Notes under the pieces: generated by a model
Seen by the model: the letters and a program-made list of their open reading frames with translations, nothing else
Told to the model about the DNA's origin: nothing
The model's database searches: none
Shown here: positions 30,218 to 39,951 of the stretch, in pieces
Layout of the letters: each line of letters begins with the position of its first letter
How positions within the stretch are numbered: position 1 is the stretch's first letter
Translations under genes and position numbers: made by a program
DNA from: an uncultured Candidatus Poseidoniales archaeon
Lineage (GTDB): Archaea; Thermoplasmatota; Poseidoniia; Poseidoniales; Thalassarchaeaceae
Length of the DNA stretch: 64,000 nt
NCBI GenBank assembly: GCA_964585295.1
Contig: CAZPCY010000004.1
Span: forward strand, 1,674-65,673
Direction: 5' to 3'

Positions 30218-30511
30218 TCAGGAGCCTATGCTCATCGCCTGCAGGAAGACTAGGAGTATCGCTATGGCGGGAAAGAGATAGAGCATCACCGTCAGTCGAG
30301 AACGAGCCTTCTCCTGCTTCGCTCTCTTCTCCACACAATCCGCATCGTCGCAGACGGGTGGGTCCGATTCCAAGGCTATCGGGACATTGCAAACCGCGCA
30401 ATGACGATGTGGAGGTACGCTGGAAGGAGCGCGCCTGCCCTGCTTGCGCTTCCTCATCCGATCGGCGGTTTCCTTCACCGCTCCTGCGAGTCTTTCTCCC
30501 TTCTTGACCAT
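30218..30511 (-). CDS. DUF2116-like Zn-ribbon membrane protein
   Basis: PPHRHCAVC..PI....VC...C followed by a C-terminal TM; GGGGTG SD. Confidence 0.8.
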   Translation of the reverse strand: MVKKGERLAGAVKETADRMRKRKQGRRAPSSVPPHRHCAVCNVPIALESDPPVCDDADCVEKRAKQEKARSRLTVMLYLFPAIAILLVFLQAMSIGS

Positions 30512-30522
30512 CTGTTCACCCC

Positions 30523-31230
30523 TCAGTTCGAGACTTCGATAGTGGTTCCCTCGAACGGCTCGTCGGTGAGCGCGGCAGTAAGCCGGTCCAGCCTCCTTCC
30601 ATCCAACACCGCCAAAGGCATGCCTGCGGCAAGAGCTTCACCAACCCCGATAGGATCAATCACGGCGGAAGCACCCGCCGTGCTATGTTCGGCTGGGCCG
30701 ACGATTTCCACTAATCGCTCTAGGGTGATTGAGTCCAGCGGTTGCGCTTCTGGATCCTCGCGTGGATCGGAGGAATGGACTCTGTCGACGTTCGTGGCGA
30801 TGTAGCAGCGAGCCGCTCCCACATCGATAGCCAGGCGGATTGCGACGGCATCGGTCGTGTGACCGGGTACCGTCCCTCCCATCACGACCGCTCGATTGGA
30901 TGCAAGGGCGGCGCTGGCCTGCTCCACGGTGGAGGGGATGTTCGGAAAGACGTCGACTCCCCGCTCAGCAAGAGAGACCCTGACGATCTCGGCGTTAAGC
31001 CGGGTCGCTGCGATACCAACCCCATCCAGTAGTGCTGTGTCGCTGACGCTGCCTGAAGCTAGGGCGATCGCTTCTCTGGCGGGCGCGCCACCGCCAACCA
31101 CAATGCCGAACTTATCTCCGTCGTCCGTCAAGGAAGACACGAGACTTGCGACGCCATTGATCCAAGCGCCTCGCTCGCTCTCCTCGGGCCGCAGCAGGCT
31201 GCCACCCAGAGCGACCACCCTGATCGTCAT
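30523..31230 (-). CDS. pyrH: UMP kinase (archaeal type)
   Basis: VVALGGS, VVGGG..AR, GIAATRLNA, GG..PGHTTDAVA, TNVD, DP. Confidence 0.93.
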   Translation of the reverse strand: MTIRVVALGGSLLRPEESERGAWINGVASLVSSLTDDGDKFGIVVGGGAPAREAIALASGSVSDTALLDGVGIAATRLNAEIVRVSLAERGVDVFPNIPSTVEQASAALASNRAVVMGGTVPGHTTDAVAIRLAIDVGAARCYIATNVDRVHSSDPREDPEAQPLDSITLERLVEIVGPAEHSTAGASAVIDPIGVGEALAAGMPLAVLDGRRLDRLTAALTDEPFEGTTIEVSN

Positions 31231-31432
31231 CGTCCATCGCGAGCCGGCCCAATCAAATGAATCCCGCCGACGGTCGAGCCGTCTAGAGATGGAACATCAA
31301 ATGGTCGGACCGAAGTCTATCGGTCGTATTGCTGCAACTATCCGTCTGACCCAGCACTATGACAACTCTTCTGGAAACCGGCGTGAAGGGTTGAAATGCC
31401 GCAGCCGCGGCGCTTCTGAAGAGGACCCCTTC

Positions 31433-32686
31433 ATGGCTGACGATCTGGAGCAGCAGCAGCGTCGGCTCCGGCTCAAGAACGCCGTCGCAGACCTGTCGGA
31501 GATGCGTGGAATGGGCACCGAACTGGTGACCGTAGTAGTCCCCCCAGATCGCCAGATTCACGATGTTCGAGGCCAACTGTCCAACGAACTTGGCCAGGCT
31601 GCGAACATCAAATCTAAATCGACTCGGAAGCACGTCTGCGATGCGATAGAGAGCGCAATCTCGTCTTTGAACAGACACCGGGATGCAGGTGAGAGAGGGC
31701 TGGCGATTTTCGTAGGCCATGTAATCATCGGCAACAACAAGACTAGGATGGTGAACGTGGTCATAGACGACCCTCCAGAAACCCTGCAGTCGTTCAGGTA
31801 TCGATGCGATTCGACCTTCGAACTTACACAGTTAGAGGAGATGCTGATTGACAGGACGGCTTACGGTCTGTTCGTCATCGACCGTGGTGAGGCTGCCTAC
31901 GGGATAGCCACCGGCAAGAGGCTCCATTGTCAGGAGCATCTCGAATCGAACATTATGGGAAAGCACAGGCAGGGAGGTCAGTCCGCGCAGAGGTTCGAGC
32001 GTCTCATCGAGGAGGCGGCTCACAAGTTCTTCAAACGCTCAACGGAGCATGCTAGTGACTACTGGCTACCTATGGTCGAGGATCTGCAGGGAATCATCGT
32101 CGGTGGCCCGGGAGCTACCAAGGAACAGGTCGTCAAGAATGGCTACTTCCATCATGAGATTAGGAAGCTGATTCGCGAGCCGTTCTTCGATGTTGGATAC
32201 TCCAACGAGTCTGGCCTGAGGGAGTTGGTTCAACGCGCCGGTGGGCTGATGGATAGGATCGCGCTCGACCGGGAACGCGACCTCGTCGACTGTTTCCTGA
32301 AGGAATTGAACCACCCGCACCCAAAGGCGACATATGGTGAGATGATGATTAGGTCGGCTCTCGACCAAGGCGCAGTCGACACACTGCTGTTGAGCGAGTC
32401 CCTTCGTAGGATGCGGACGACTTTCACATGCCAGCAGTGTGGCGATTCTTGGCAGGAGACCACAGGAAGGGTTCCAGAGATACCGTCTTGCGAATCATGT
32501 CCAACGGGTTCGAATCGGGTTCGAATTGATGAGGAGAGCAGTCTCGACCTAGTGGACGAGCTATCTATCCTCGCCGCTCACACCTCATCAAAGGTTGAGA
32601 TAATCTCCACAGACACTGAGGAAGGATCGACCTTGATGGAGGGCTTTGGTGGACTAGCAGCGCTGCTGCGCTATGCTTGGAGTTGA
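31433..32686 (+). CDS. prf1: Peptide chain release factor aRF1
   Basis: GTELVT, NIKS, YRCDSTF, GGQSAQRF, FGGLAALLRY; CxxC/CxxC minidomain. Confidence 0.96.
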   Translation: MADDLEQQQRRLRLKNAVADLSEMRGMGTELVTVVVPPDRQIHDVRGQLSNELGQAANIKSKSTRKHVCDAIESAISSLNRHRDAGERGLAIFVGHVIIGNNKTRMVNVVIDDPPETLQSFRYRCDSTFELTQLEEMLIDRTAYGLFVIDRGEAAYGIATGKRLHCQEHLESNIMGKHRQGGQSAQRFERLIEEAAHKFFKRSTEHASDYWLPMVEDLQGIIVGGPGATKEQVVKNGYFHHEIRKLIREPFFDVGYSNESGLRELVQRAGGLMDRIALDRERDLVDCFLKELNHPHPKATYGEMMIRSALDQGAVDTLLLSESLRRMRTTFTCQQCGDSWQETTGRVPEIPSCESCPTGSNRVRIDEESSLDLVDELSILAAHTSSKVEIISTDTEEGSTLMEGFGGLAALLRYAWS

Positions 32687-32696
32687 GGTGGACGGA

Positions 32697-34505
32697 ATGC
32701 AGACTTTGCAGAGAATCCTTGAGCCCCATCTAGAGAGGGCTTTATCCTCGATTGGGGTGGCCGAATCGAAAACCTTGGCGAGGTCGATGCCTGAGCGACC
32801 TGCCGCCGACTCGAATGGGGATCTCGCGGTTCCATGCTTCCAACTCGCAGGTGAACTACGCCGATCCCCTGCAGAAATCGCTGCCGATCTCTGCGAGTCT
32901 CTGTTGCATTCAACCGCTGAAGATTGCACCTTCACCGCCGAAAATATTGGCGCGTTCGTAAACATTAGGGCCACACAGCGATTCCTTTGGGATGAGGCGG
33001 TCGCTCACTCAGCCGATGCGCCCGGCGCCGAGAGTAGATTCCGAGCAGATCGCTCAGCGGTCTTGATTGAGCACACATCGGCCAACCCGAATGGGCCGTT
33101 CCATGTGGGAAGGATTCGCAACGCAGTAATCGGAGACACGATGGTTCGCCTTGAACGCCTCGCTGGCGCCGAGGTGAGATCGGAGTACTACGTCGATGAC
33201 ATGGGCAAGCAGGTGGGTATCCTGTGTTGGGCGTTGGAGAACCTCGACGAAGCCAAGGTGGATGAGACTCTGGCAGAGGTAGGGCTGGACATCGATGACA
33301 GTCGAACCAGACACGCTGGCAAGGAGGACCACAACCGGGTGAGATGGTACCAGGCAGCGAACCAGATCCGAATCGATGATGAGACAATCGAAGATGATCT
33401 AGCCGCCTTGATTAAAGCGAGCGAAGAGGGTGATAGGGATGTTCTCTCACGATTCTCAGAGGCATTCCGTCCAGTTCTCGATGGCATGCTTGAGACTTTG
33501 ACTCGGCTGGGCATCGAGTACGATGTCTTCACCGACGAGTCAAGATTCGTCCTCGATGGCTCGGTCGATGATGTTGTTCTGAGGCTGCGATCCTCAGAGT
33601 TGTGTCACGAAGCGGAGAATGGCGCAGCCTATCTGGAACTCGAAGGACGAGGAGTGGCCGGTAAGAGCACTCGTTTCTACTTCATGAGAGGAGATGGAAC
33701 AAGCCTCTATGCGACCCGTGACATCGCCTACCACGAGTGGAAATCCGAAACTAGTTCGCGCCTCCTAGATGTTCTTGGAGAGGACCATCGTTTGCAATCA
33801 AAGCAGGTTTCTATTGCTCTAGATGAGTTGGGCTCTCCTCGTCCTGAGGTGCTGTTCTACGCGTTCACGAAACTACCGGATGGGAAGATGAGCACTCGCC
33901 GAGGTAACGTCGTATTCGTAGACGATCTGCTGGATGAGGCGGTGGCGCGGGCGGCCACGGTCGTCTCTTCGATCAGGGATGATCTTGGACCTGAGGAAAT
34001 CGCTGCGATCGCAGAGGCGGTCGGCGTCTCCGCGGTCCGCTTCAATATCGCTCGAATCGCTCCGGAGAAAGGTATCGAGTTCAGATGGGAAGACGCTCTC
34101 TCCTTTGAAGCTGACAGCGCTCCATTCATCCAGTACGCCCACGCCAGAGCCTGTTCACTGGTTAGGAAGGTGGATCTTGCAGGTATCGATGCGGAGGCAG
34201 CACTGCACGGCTCGCTCGCCAGCGGGGTTGGAGATGGCCCACTGCCACGTGTGGCCATCGACCTGCTTCGGGCCATCTCCTTGCTGCCAGAAGAGCTTGC
34301 TAAATCCGTTGATGAATTGCGACCCAATCGGTTCTGCAATGCGGTCAACGACTTAGCAGCAAGATACAACCGATTCTATAGAGAGTGCTACGTGTTGACT
34401 GAAGAAGGCTTGGAGGGGAGATTCCTGGCAATCTCGGAATCGGCTCGTCACCATCTACGTATCTCCGCCGAATCGGTTGGGATAGTGGCCTTGGAGACGA
34501 TGTGA
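32697..34505 (+). CDS. argS: Arginyl-tRNA synthetase
   Basis: EHTSANPNGPFHVGR.RN, YYVDDMGKQ, KMSTRRG, QYAHAR, C-terminal ETM; GAGGTG SD. Confidence 0.96.
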   Translation: MQTLQRILEPHLERALSSIGVAESKTLARSMPERPAADSNGDLAVPCFQLAGELRRSPAEIAADLCESLLHSTAEDCTFTAENIGAFVNIRATQRFLWDEAVAHSADAPGAESRFRADRSAVLIEHTSANPNGPFHVGRIRNAVIGDTMVRLERLAGAEVRSEYYVDDMGKQVGILCWALENLDEAKVDETLAEVGLDIDDSRTRHAGKEDHNRVRWYQAANQIRIDDETIEDDLAALIKASEEGDRDVLSRFSEAFRPVLDGMLETLTRLGIEYDVFTDESRFVLDGSVDDVVLRLRSSELCHEAENGAAYLELEGRGVAGKSTRFYFMRGDGTSLYATRDIAYHEWKSETSSRLLDVLGEDHRLQSKQVSIALDELGSPRPEVLFYAFTKLPDGKMSTRRGNVVFVDDLLDEAVARAATVVSSIRDDLGPEEIAAIAEAVGVSAVRFNIARIAPEKGIEFRWEDALSFEADSAPFIQYAHARACSLVRKVDLAGIDAEAALHGSLASGVGDGPLPRVAIDLLRAISLLPEELAKSVDELRPNRFCNAVNDLAARYNRFYRECYVLTEEGLEGRFLAISESARHHLRISAESVGIVALETM

Positions 34506-34509
34506 TAGA

Positions 34510-35154
34510 TCAGATCTCTTCAGCAATCCCGTCAGCGAGTTCCGATTCCAACACGAATCCGGCGGCGGCAGCCCTACCTTTCATCTCGATTAGGTTCTCG
34601 TATGCATCGTCGTAGTCATCACCTTTGTCAGTGTCGCTCGCGGCGGGCCAACCACAATCCCAGCGCCTCGGGTCTATCGCGTTCGGAGCAAGCCACGCCC
34701 TGCACATTCGTTCATGGCACTCCGCCTTTTCGTTCTCGCCCTTCACCCAGAAAGTCGCTCGGGCGCAGACCGGACAGGTGGATAAGGCGTACCAAACCTC
34801 GGTGCGGACGCAGTCCGGACCAACTCGGCCAACGGTCCAGGAATCGATGCGAATCTCGATCACGTCAGTTCCTTGAGCATCCGCCATGAAACCACGGGCG
34901 ACATTCTCGGCTTGCGACACGAGAGGTACCATGCCCAGAACATCCGTATCCCCGTCCCTCTCCACCGTGGCGACTACGAAGACCTCGCCGACCTCCTCGA
35001 TGGTCGTTGGCTTGACCTCGGCGAATCCTGCACCCACTGGCCCTGAACCACGACTGCGAGATTTAGGTGCCAGAGGTACGAAGGTCGGCTTCACAGCCTT
35101 CTCTGCTTCGGGGGATTCATCCTCCTCGTCGCCCTTCTCCTCAGCTTCGCTCAC
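34510..35154 (-). CDS. Hypothetical acidic protein with Cys cluster
   Basis: CPVC, CHERMC and C-G-W; GTG 35154 preferred to ATG 35241 because a TTCATC element lies about 25 nt upstream and 35241 leaves only 24 bp before the divergent gene. Confidence 0.5.
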   Translation of the reverse strand: MSEAEEKGDEEDESPEAEKAVKPTFVPLAPKSRSRGSGPVGAGFAEVKPTTIEEVGEVFVVATVERDGDTDVLGMVPLVSQAENVARGFMADAQGTDVIEIRIDSWTVGRVGPDCVRTEVWYALSTCPVCARATFWVKGENEKAECHERMCRAWLAPNAIDPRRWDCGWPAASDTDKGDDYDDAYENLIEMKGRAAAAGFVLESELADGIAEEI

Positions 35155-35265
35155 GCTTGCTGCGGATAGCGGGAGACGGATGAATCCAACGCCTGAATCG
35201 AGCCGAAGCGCTAGGATCGATTCGGACGGGAGCACCTTCATCTACGCTTACCGAGGGCGGGGTCC

Positions 35266-35730
35266 ATGGTAGATGTCGGAGATGATGCGCCTGACTTCAG
35301 ATTACTCGATACTGATCGCAATATAGTGACCGGGGTTGAGCACAAGGGTCGCAAGGTGGTGCTCGCCTTCTTCCCAGCGTCATTCACCGGGGTATGTACG
35401 AAGGAGATGTGCACCTTTCAGGATTCGCATGCAAGGCTCGATTCAGCAGATGCAACCATCCTTGGGATTTGCGTAGATTCACCATTCTCTAATGGTGCCT
35501 TCGCGACTTCCAATGGAATCTCCTTCCCCATCCTATCCGATTACGAAAGATTGACGATTAGAGCGTATGGCATTGCGCACGAAGACTTCGCCGGCATGGA
35601 GGGTTACACTGCCTCGAAGCGCGCAATCTTCGTCGTGGATGAGGATGGCGATGTCTCTTACAAGTGGGTCGCCGATGTCCCGTCCGAGGAGCCAAATTAC
35701 GAAGTGATAATGGCTCACATAGAATCGTGA
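35266..35730 (+). CDS. Peroxiredoxin (AhpC/TSA, BCP/AhpE-like)
   Basis: VGDDAPDF, FFPASFTGVCTKEMC, ILSD, RAIFVVD. Confidence 0.93.
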   Translation: MVDVGDDAPDFRLLDTDRNIVTGVEHKGRKVVLAFFPASFTGVCTKEMCTFQDSHARLDSADATILGICVDSPFSNGAFATSNGISFPILSDYERLTIRAYGIAHEDFAGMEGYTASKRAIFVVDEDGDVSYKWVADVPSEEPNYEVIMAHIES

Positions 35731-35847
35731 TATCCGATTGATGATCAGGCCCTCCTATCCAATCCATTGCACAGCGTTCGGGATAGGTTCGCGAACGGGC
35801 TGCTGCAGCACTCCTGAACACTGGCCATTAGAAAATGGCTGAGAATC

Positions 35848-36144
35848 TCAGAAGTCACGCTCGTGGACTAGGATTAGGTGCCATCCGAATTCGGTGTTCA
35901 CCGGATCTCCGACCTCGCCTAACGACTGTTCTCGGCACGCGGCGTCGAATTCGGCGACCATCTGACCAGATACGAACCACCCAAGATCGCCTCCACGACG
36001 TCCAGAGGGGCAGGTAGAGTTACGTTTCGCCCTCTTCGCGAACTCCTTCCCGGGCTTGCGCGCCCTTTGAATCAGGTCCAGCAATGTCTTCGCCTCCCCT
36101 TTGCTGGAAACGAGGATGTGACTAGCATGGATTCGATCTCCCAT
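35848..36144 (-). CDS. Parvulin-type peptidyl-prolyl isomerase
   Basis: ASHILV, STCPSG..GGDLGWF..GQMV.EF, TEFGWHLI. Confidence 0.93.
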   Translation of the reverse strand: MGDRIHASHILVSSKGEAKTLLDLIQRARKPGKEFAKRAKRNSTCPSGRRGGDLGWFVSGQMVAEFDAACREQSLGEVGDPVNTEFGWHLILVHERDF

Positions 36145-36182
36145 TCCGAACACCTAGGTAGTACCGACAATCTAGGTCCTAT

Positions 36183-37961
36183 TCAGATAGGGGTCTCTCC
36201 CCATGCCAGATAGTGGACATAAGACCCATAGATAATGCCACTGACCTTCAGTGACTCCTCGTTGAACCTGCTCATGTCGTCGAGATAGGTGTGGTATTCC
36301 GATGAGCCGGATCCGTAGCACACAATTGCGTTACCGTATGGCGGTCCTTCAGCGGGGTCGATCTCGAAAACGAACGGTGCGTGATCGCTGTTGTAGGGCA
36401 TCTCCTCGGAATCTAAGGTGCCTATAGAAATTGGATATTTGGATGACAGTTCGGGGTACGAAGCGTTGAATCTCGCCGCTATTGCTCGGATGTGCTCCAT
36501 GTCTTCGGCTCCATTGCCGAACATCCACACCCCGTCACCTCGTTCAGCATCGACGTGATTCATGTCGAGGTTGACGTACATCCTCAGATTCGCAGAAAGG
36601 TCCTCTCGATGCTTCTCAACCCAAGCCTTGGAACCCCAAAGTCCCTCCTCTTCTCCACCCCAAGTGCAGAACTTGAGGGTGTATGCTGGCTCACCCTTGC
36701 TCTCCCAGATTGCTCCCAATTGTTGCCCCAACTCCAGAACGGTGGAGGTTCCGGAGGTGTCGTCAACTGCTCCTGGACCATTGTAGACAGTGTCGTGATG
36801 AGCTCCGAAGATGATCATCTCGGAGGATGCTCCAGGAATTACTCCGCAAACCGTCCTGACATTCCTCGTTCCTTCGTTGTCCATCGATGTGAACATCGAG
36901 AGTCTGGCTGAGCCATTCAGAACCTCATCCATGATTTCGAGACCGGTGCTCTTTGAGACCATGATGAATCCGATGCCAGCCGGCATCGACTCAAATTCGT
37001 TGACTCTGACGCCCTTGAAGAAAGGGACGCAGTCGTCTGGAACGAGAACATCGCAGTTCTGTTGAACGTTGACAAGGATGAGTGCACGTAGGTCGTTCTC
37101 CTGCGCTGCGAGGAACAGATCAGTGTTGCCGGCGTTGTCCCCTTTGCCCCAAACTACGCCGACGCCACCTGAGGCACCGGTCCAATCGGCTTCGGCAGAT
37201 CCGTTTCCGAGGTCGACTAGTGTGATGTCCTCACCGTAACGAATGTCGCTGGAACCAGAGTATCCTTGCAGGACGAAGTCGATTCGGTGCTCGTATTCGG
37301 TGACTGTTCGGCCGAAGTCCGCTCCGCTGCAGGGAGCGACGGTGTTCACTCCGAATATTGGCCCGGGGCTGCAAATGCCGAGGGATGGTTCCGACAGAAT
37401 CTCGAACATAGGAACCTCGTGCTCCTCGATGGTAGCCCCCATTCCGGTCTGCGTTAGGTTAGCCTTGACGAATTCCGCCGTTGCTGTCTCCTCGACGGTT
37501 CCGCTGAGCCTTCCCTTCCACTCGGGATGGCCGAGTTGCACGAGTCCTTCAGCATATCCTCGAGCCCGAGACTCGTCGAAATCGATAAGCTGGTAGTCCG
37601 GCTCACCAGCTAGCCAATCAATGATACTCGGGCCAAGGACAACCGCCCCTCCAGCGGACGCTACGACTACGATCAAAGCAGAGATTAGAACCGGAATCGG
37701 CAGCCCTCGGATGGATTGCACTGGGTCATGCCGCATTCGGGCGAGGAACGAGATCTCGGAGGGAGTTGTTGTGGTATCAGCGCGGTCGTTATCGACGAGA
37801 CTCGCCTCAATCGTTTCTCCACCATCGTATTCGATTAGTCGTTCGACCAACTCGCTCTTCCTTCCTCCAACAGGTAAATCTCGGTCGCGAAGTAGACCCT
37901 TGAGTTCGGTTACCGTCATTCCTTCGTAGGCGTCCTTGCCATCCATCGGTTCGCCCTCCAT
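36183..37961 (-). CDS. Membrane-anchored M28 metallopeptidase with PA domain and N-terminal SAP domain
   Basis: SAP: MTVTELKGLLRDRDLPVGGRKSELVERL; one TM; M28 ligands GAHHD, GAVDD, GEEEG, NLDM, YHT. Confidence 0.9.
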   Translation of the reverse strand: MEGEPMDGKDAYEGMTVTELKGLLRDRDLPVGGRKSELVERLIEYDGGETIEASLVDNDRADTTTTPSEISFLARMRHDPVQSIRGLPIPVLISALIVVVASAGGAVVLGPSIIDWLAGEPDYQLIDFDESRARGYAEGLVQLGHPEWKGRLSGTVEETATAEFVKANLTQTGMGATIEEHEVPMFEILSEPSLGICSPGPIFGVNTVAPCSGADFGRTVTEYEHRIDFVLQGYSGSSDIRYGEDITLVDLGNGSAEADWTGASGGVGVVWGKGDNAGNTDLFLAAQENDLRALILVNVQQNCDVLVPDDCVPFFKGVRVNEFESMPAGIGFIMVSKSTGLEIMDEVLNGSARLSMFTSMDNEGTRNVRTVCGVIPGASSEMIIFGAHHDTVYNGPGAVDDTSGTSTVLELGQQLGAIWESKGEPAYTLKFCTWGGEEEGLWGSKAWVEKHREDLSANLRMYVNLDMNHVDAERGDGVWMFGNGAEDMEHIRAIAARFNASYPELSSKYPISIGTLDSEEMPYNSDHAPFVFEIDPAEGPPYGNAIVCYGSGSSEYHTYLDDMSRFNEESLKVSGIIYGSYVHYLAWGETPI

Positions 37962-38137
37962 ACCTTCCTCAGACGGCCTCCCTTTGAACCGATGGGTTGC
38001 CCGCTCATCTCCGCCGCAGCGTCGCTCACGCGGGCGCGGCTACTGGCGTTCCAAATCGATGCCAATCGGAATCCAATACAACCATCCTAGAGCATTACAG
38101 GCTAGATTTGATCCATAATGGAACAATCCAAGGTTGA

Positions 38138-38716
38138 TCAGCCACGGTCGACCTCGACACCGGTCCATCTAACAGCCAAATCGTTCTCAACCCCCATTTG
38201 ATCGAGTATTCTCTGGACGATGAAATCGACTAGGTCATCGATTGTCTCAGGAGAGTGGTAGAATCCGGGACTGGCAGGAATCACGACCGCGCCCCATTGG
38301 GATAGTTTCGTCATGTTCTCGAGATGGACAGTGGCGTATGGCGCCTCTCTAGGAACAACGATTAGTCGCCGCCTCTCCTTCAGCGCGACTATCGCGCTCC
38401 TTGTAACGAGGTTGTCTGAGATGCCTCCCGCGATTCTGCCGATTGTCGTACCCGAGGCAGGTACAATGGCACAGGCAGTCCAAGCAGCAGAACCGGATGC
38501 TGATTTGGCAGCTAGATCGTCAGGATTCTCTAGGATCGCTCCCGTCGAATCAGCGAGAGATTGCGGCGTGATACCGCATTCCAAGTCGAGGTTGATTGCT
38601 CCAGTGCTCGTGACTATCAGGCGGACTGTCCAAGCAGCCGAACGTAATTCTTCCACCAACCTGACGCCATACCTGGCTCCAGAGGCTCCGGTGATGGCCA
38701 CGACAGCTTCAGGCAT
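38138..38716 (-). CDS. ubiX: Flavin prenyltransferase
   Basis: AITGASG, ASGS, LKERRRL, PRE, PASPGFYH.P.TIDDLVDF. Confidence 0.93.
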   Translation of the reverse strand: MPEAVVAITGASGARYGVRLVEELRSAAWTVRLIVTSTGAINLDLECGITPQSLADSTGAILENPDDLAAKSASGSAAWTACAIVPASGTTIGRIAGGISDNLVTRSAIVALKERRRLIVVPREAPYATVHLENMTKLSQWGAVVIPASPGFYHSPETIDDLVDFIVQRILDQMGVENDLAVRWTGVEVDRG

Positions 38717-38742
38717 CAGTCAGGGGTGGCGATGCGTCCACT

Positions 38743-39927
38743 TCAAGGCTCGTTCAGGCGCAGGTCAGCGAGGAACCCGGATAGAGCCCCCATGGATGTG
38801 ATGAATCTAGCCAGATCGCCACCCCAAGCGATTCGCATCCAACCATCCAATCTTCCATCGAACATCAATCCCGGAACTGCTAGCAGGCCACGAGGGAGAG
38901 CGTACCTCTCAATTGCCGCCAATGATGAGTGGCCATTGGGTAGAGGGATGCATCCGAAGATCCCGTATCTTGGTGGAGTCCATTCTATCTCATGTTCCTC
39001 AAGAACCTCAAGCAGTAGGGGTAGGTTCGATTCCCTCTGCGTACGCATCGAGAGAAGTGCCTCATCCAGATTGGGCCAAACCGCTGTCGCAATGCTGCGT
39101 GACGGTATCGATATCATTCCCTGCACATGATGGAATGCAGAAGTCATCCGGCGCGCGATGTTCTCCTCACAGATCGACCATCCGAATCTGATGGAACCCA
39201 AGCCATAGCACTTGGTCAACGAATTGATGGAGATCGCATGCTCCGCCTCCCTCCACAAAGGTCGGTGTTCCGGAGCACCTCTACTAGCATCGAGATAAAC
39301 CTCATCGCTGACGATCTTTACTCCGTTGCTAGCTGTCACTTCGATGAGCCAATCCAAGTCATCGTCATCTAGATGGTGTCCGCTCGGATTCTGCACTTGG
39401 GTCAATACCACAGCGCACACTCCTGGAAGAATTTCCTCAAGCCCCTCTCGGTCGATTCTCCAAGGTCCGCTGTCTGTCTGGTAGGCGGGCGATCTATCGA
39501 AGGGCACGGCCTCGCAACCGAGGATTCTAGCAGTCTGCGAAATCGGAGAGAAACCGGGGCGTTCGACTGCCACCCTAGGAACCCGTCCCGGTTCGGATTC
39601 TTCGATCACTGCCATCAGGGCGAGCGAGAACAACTGTAGAGTTCCATGTCCGCATACGACCTGTTCTGGCGCACACCCCTCTCTGGCCGATACGAGGTCA
39701 CGAGGATCGATTGAGGTGCCATGGCCCTGATCGATCAGCCGCTCCGTAAGTTTCCCCCCCGAAGCGAGGGATGAGAGATCCCAAGGGTGCTGGTGACCAG
39801 ATTGGGAAAGGTCGTGAGGGTACCTTTCTGCCAGTCTTTCAACATACCAAGTTAGGTGTTCGACAGAAGGTATCATGCTGCCTCTGGCAGGTCCTCCTAA
39901 TAGAGGCTCAAAGGGGTGCAGTGACAA
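38743..39927 (-). CDS. PLP-dependent aminotransferase, class I/II fold
   Basis: NPSG, SDEVY, SLTKCYG...RFGW with the PLP lysine. Confidence 0.88.
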   Translation of the reverse strand: MSLHPFEPLLGGPARGSMIPSVEHLTWYVERLAERYPHDLSQSGHQHPWDLSSLASGGKLTERLIDQGHGTSIDPRDLVSAREGCAPEQVVCGHGTLQLFSLALMAVIEESEPGRVPRVAVERPGFSPISQTARILGCEAVPFDRSPAYQTDSGPWRIDREGLEEILPGVCAVVLTQVQNPSGHHLDDDDLDWLIEVTASNGVKIVSDEVYLDASRGAPEHRPLWREAEHAISINSLTKCYGLGSIRFGWSICEENIARRMTSAFHHVQGMISIPSRSIATAVWPNLDEALLSMRTQRESNLPLLLEVLEEHEIEWTPPRYGIFGCIPLPNGHSSLAAIERYALPRGLLAVPGLMFDGRLDGWMRIAWGGDLARFITSMGALSGFLADLRLNEP

Positions 39928-39951
39928 CCTGATACACCTCGGAGAAACCCC

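Noticed and set aside
30896..31432. N-terminal extension of aRF1 (596-aa ORF)
   Set aside because: Antisense to pyrH; aRF1 homology starts at ATG 31433.
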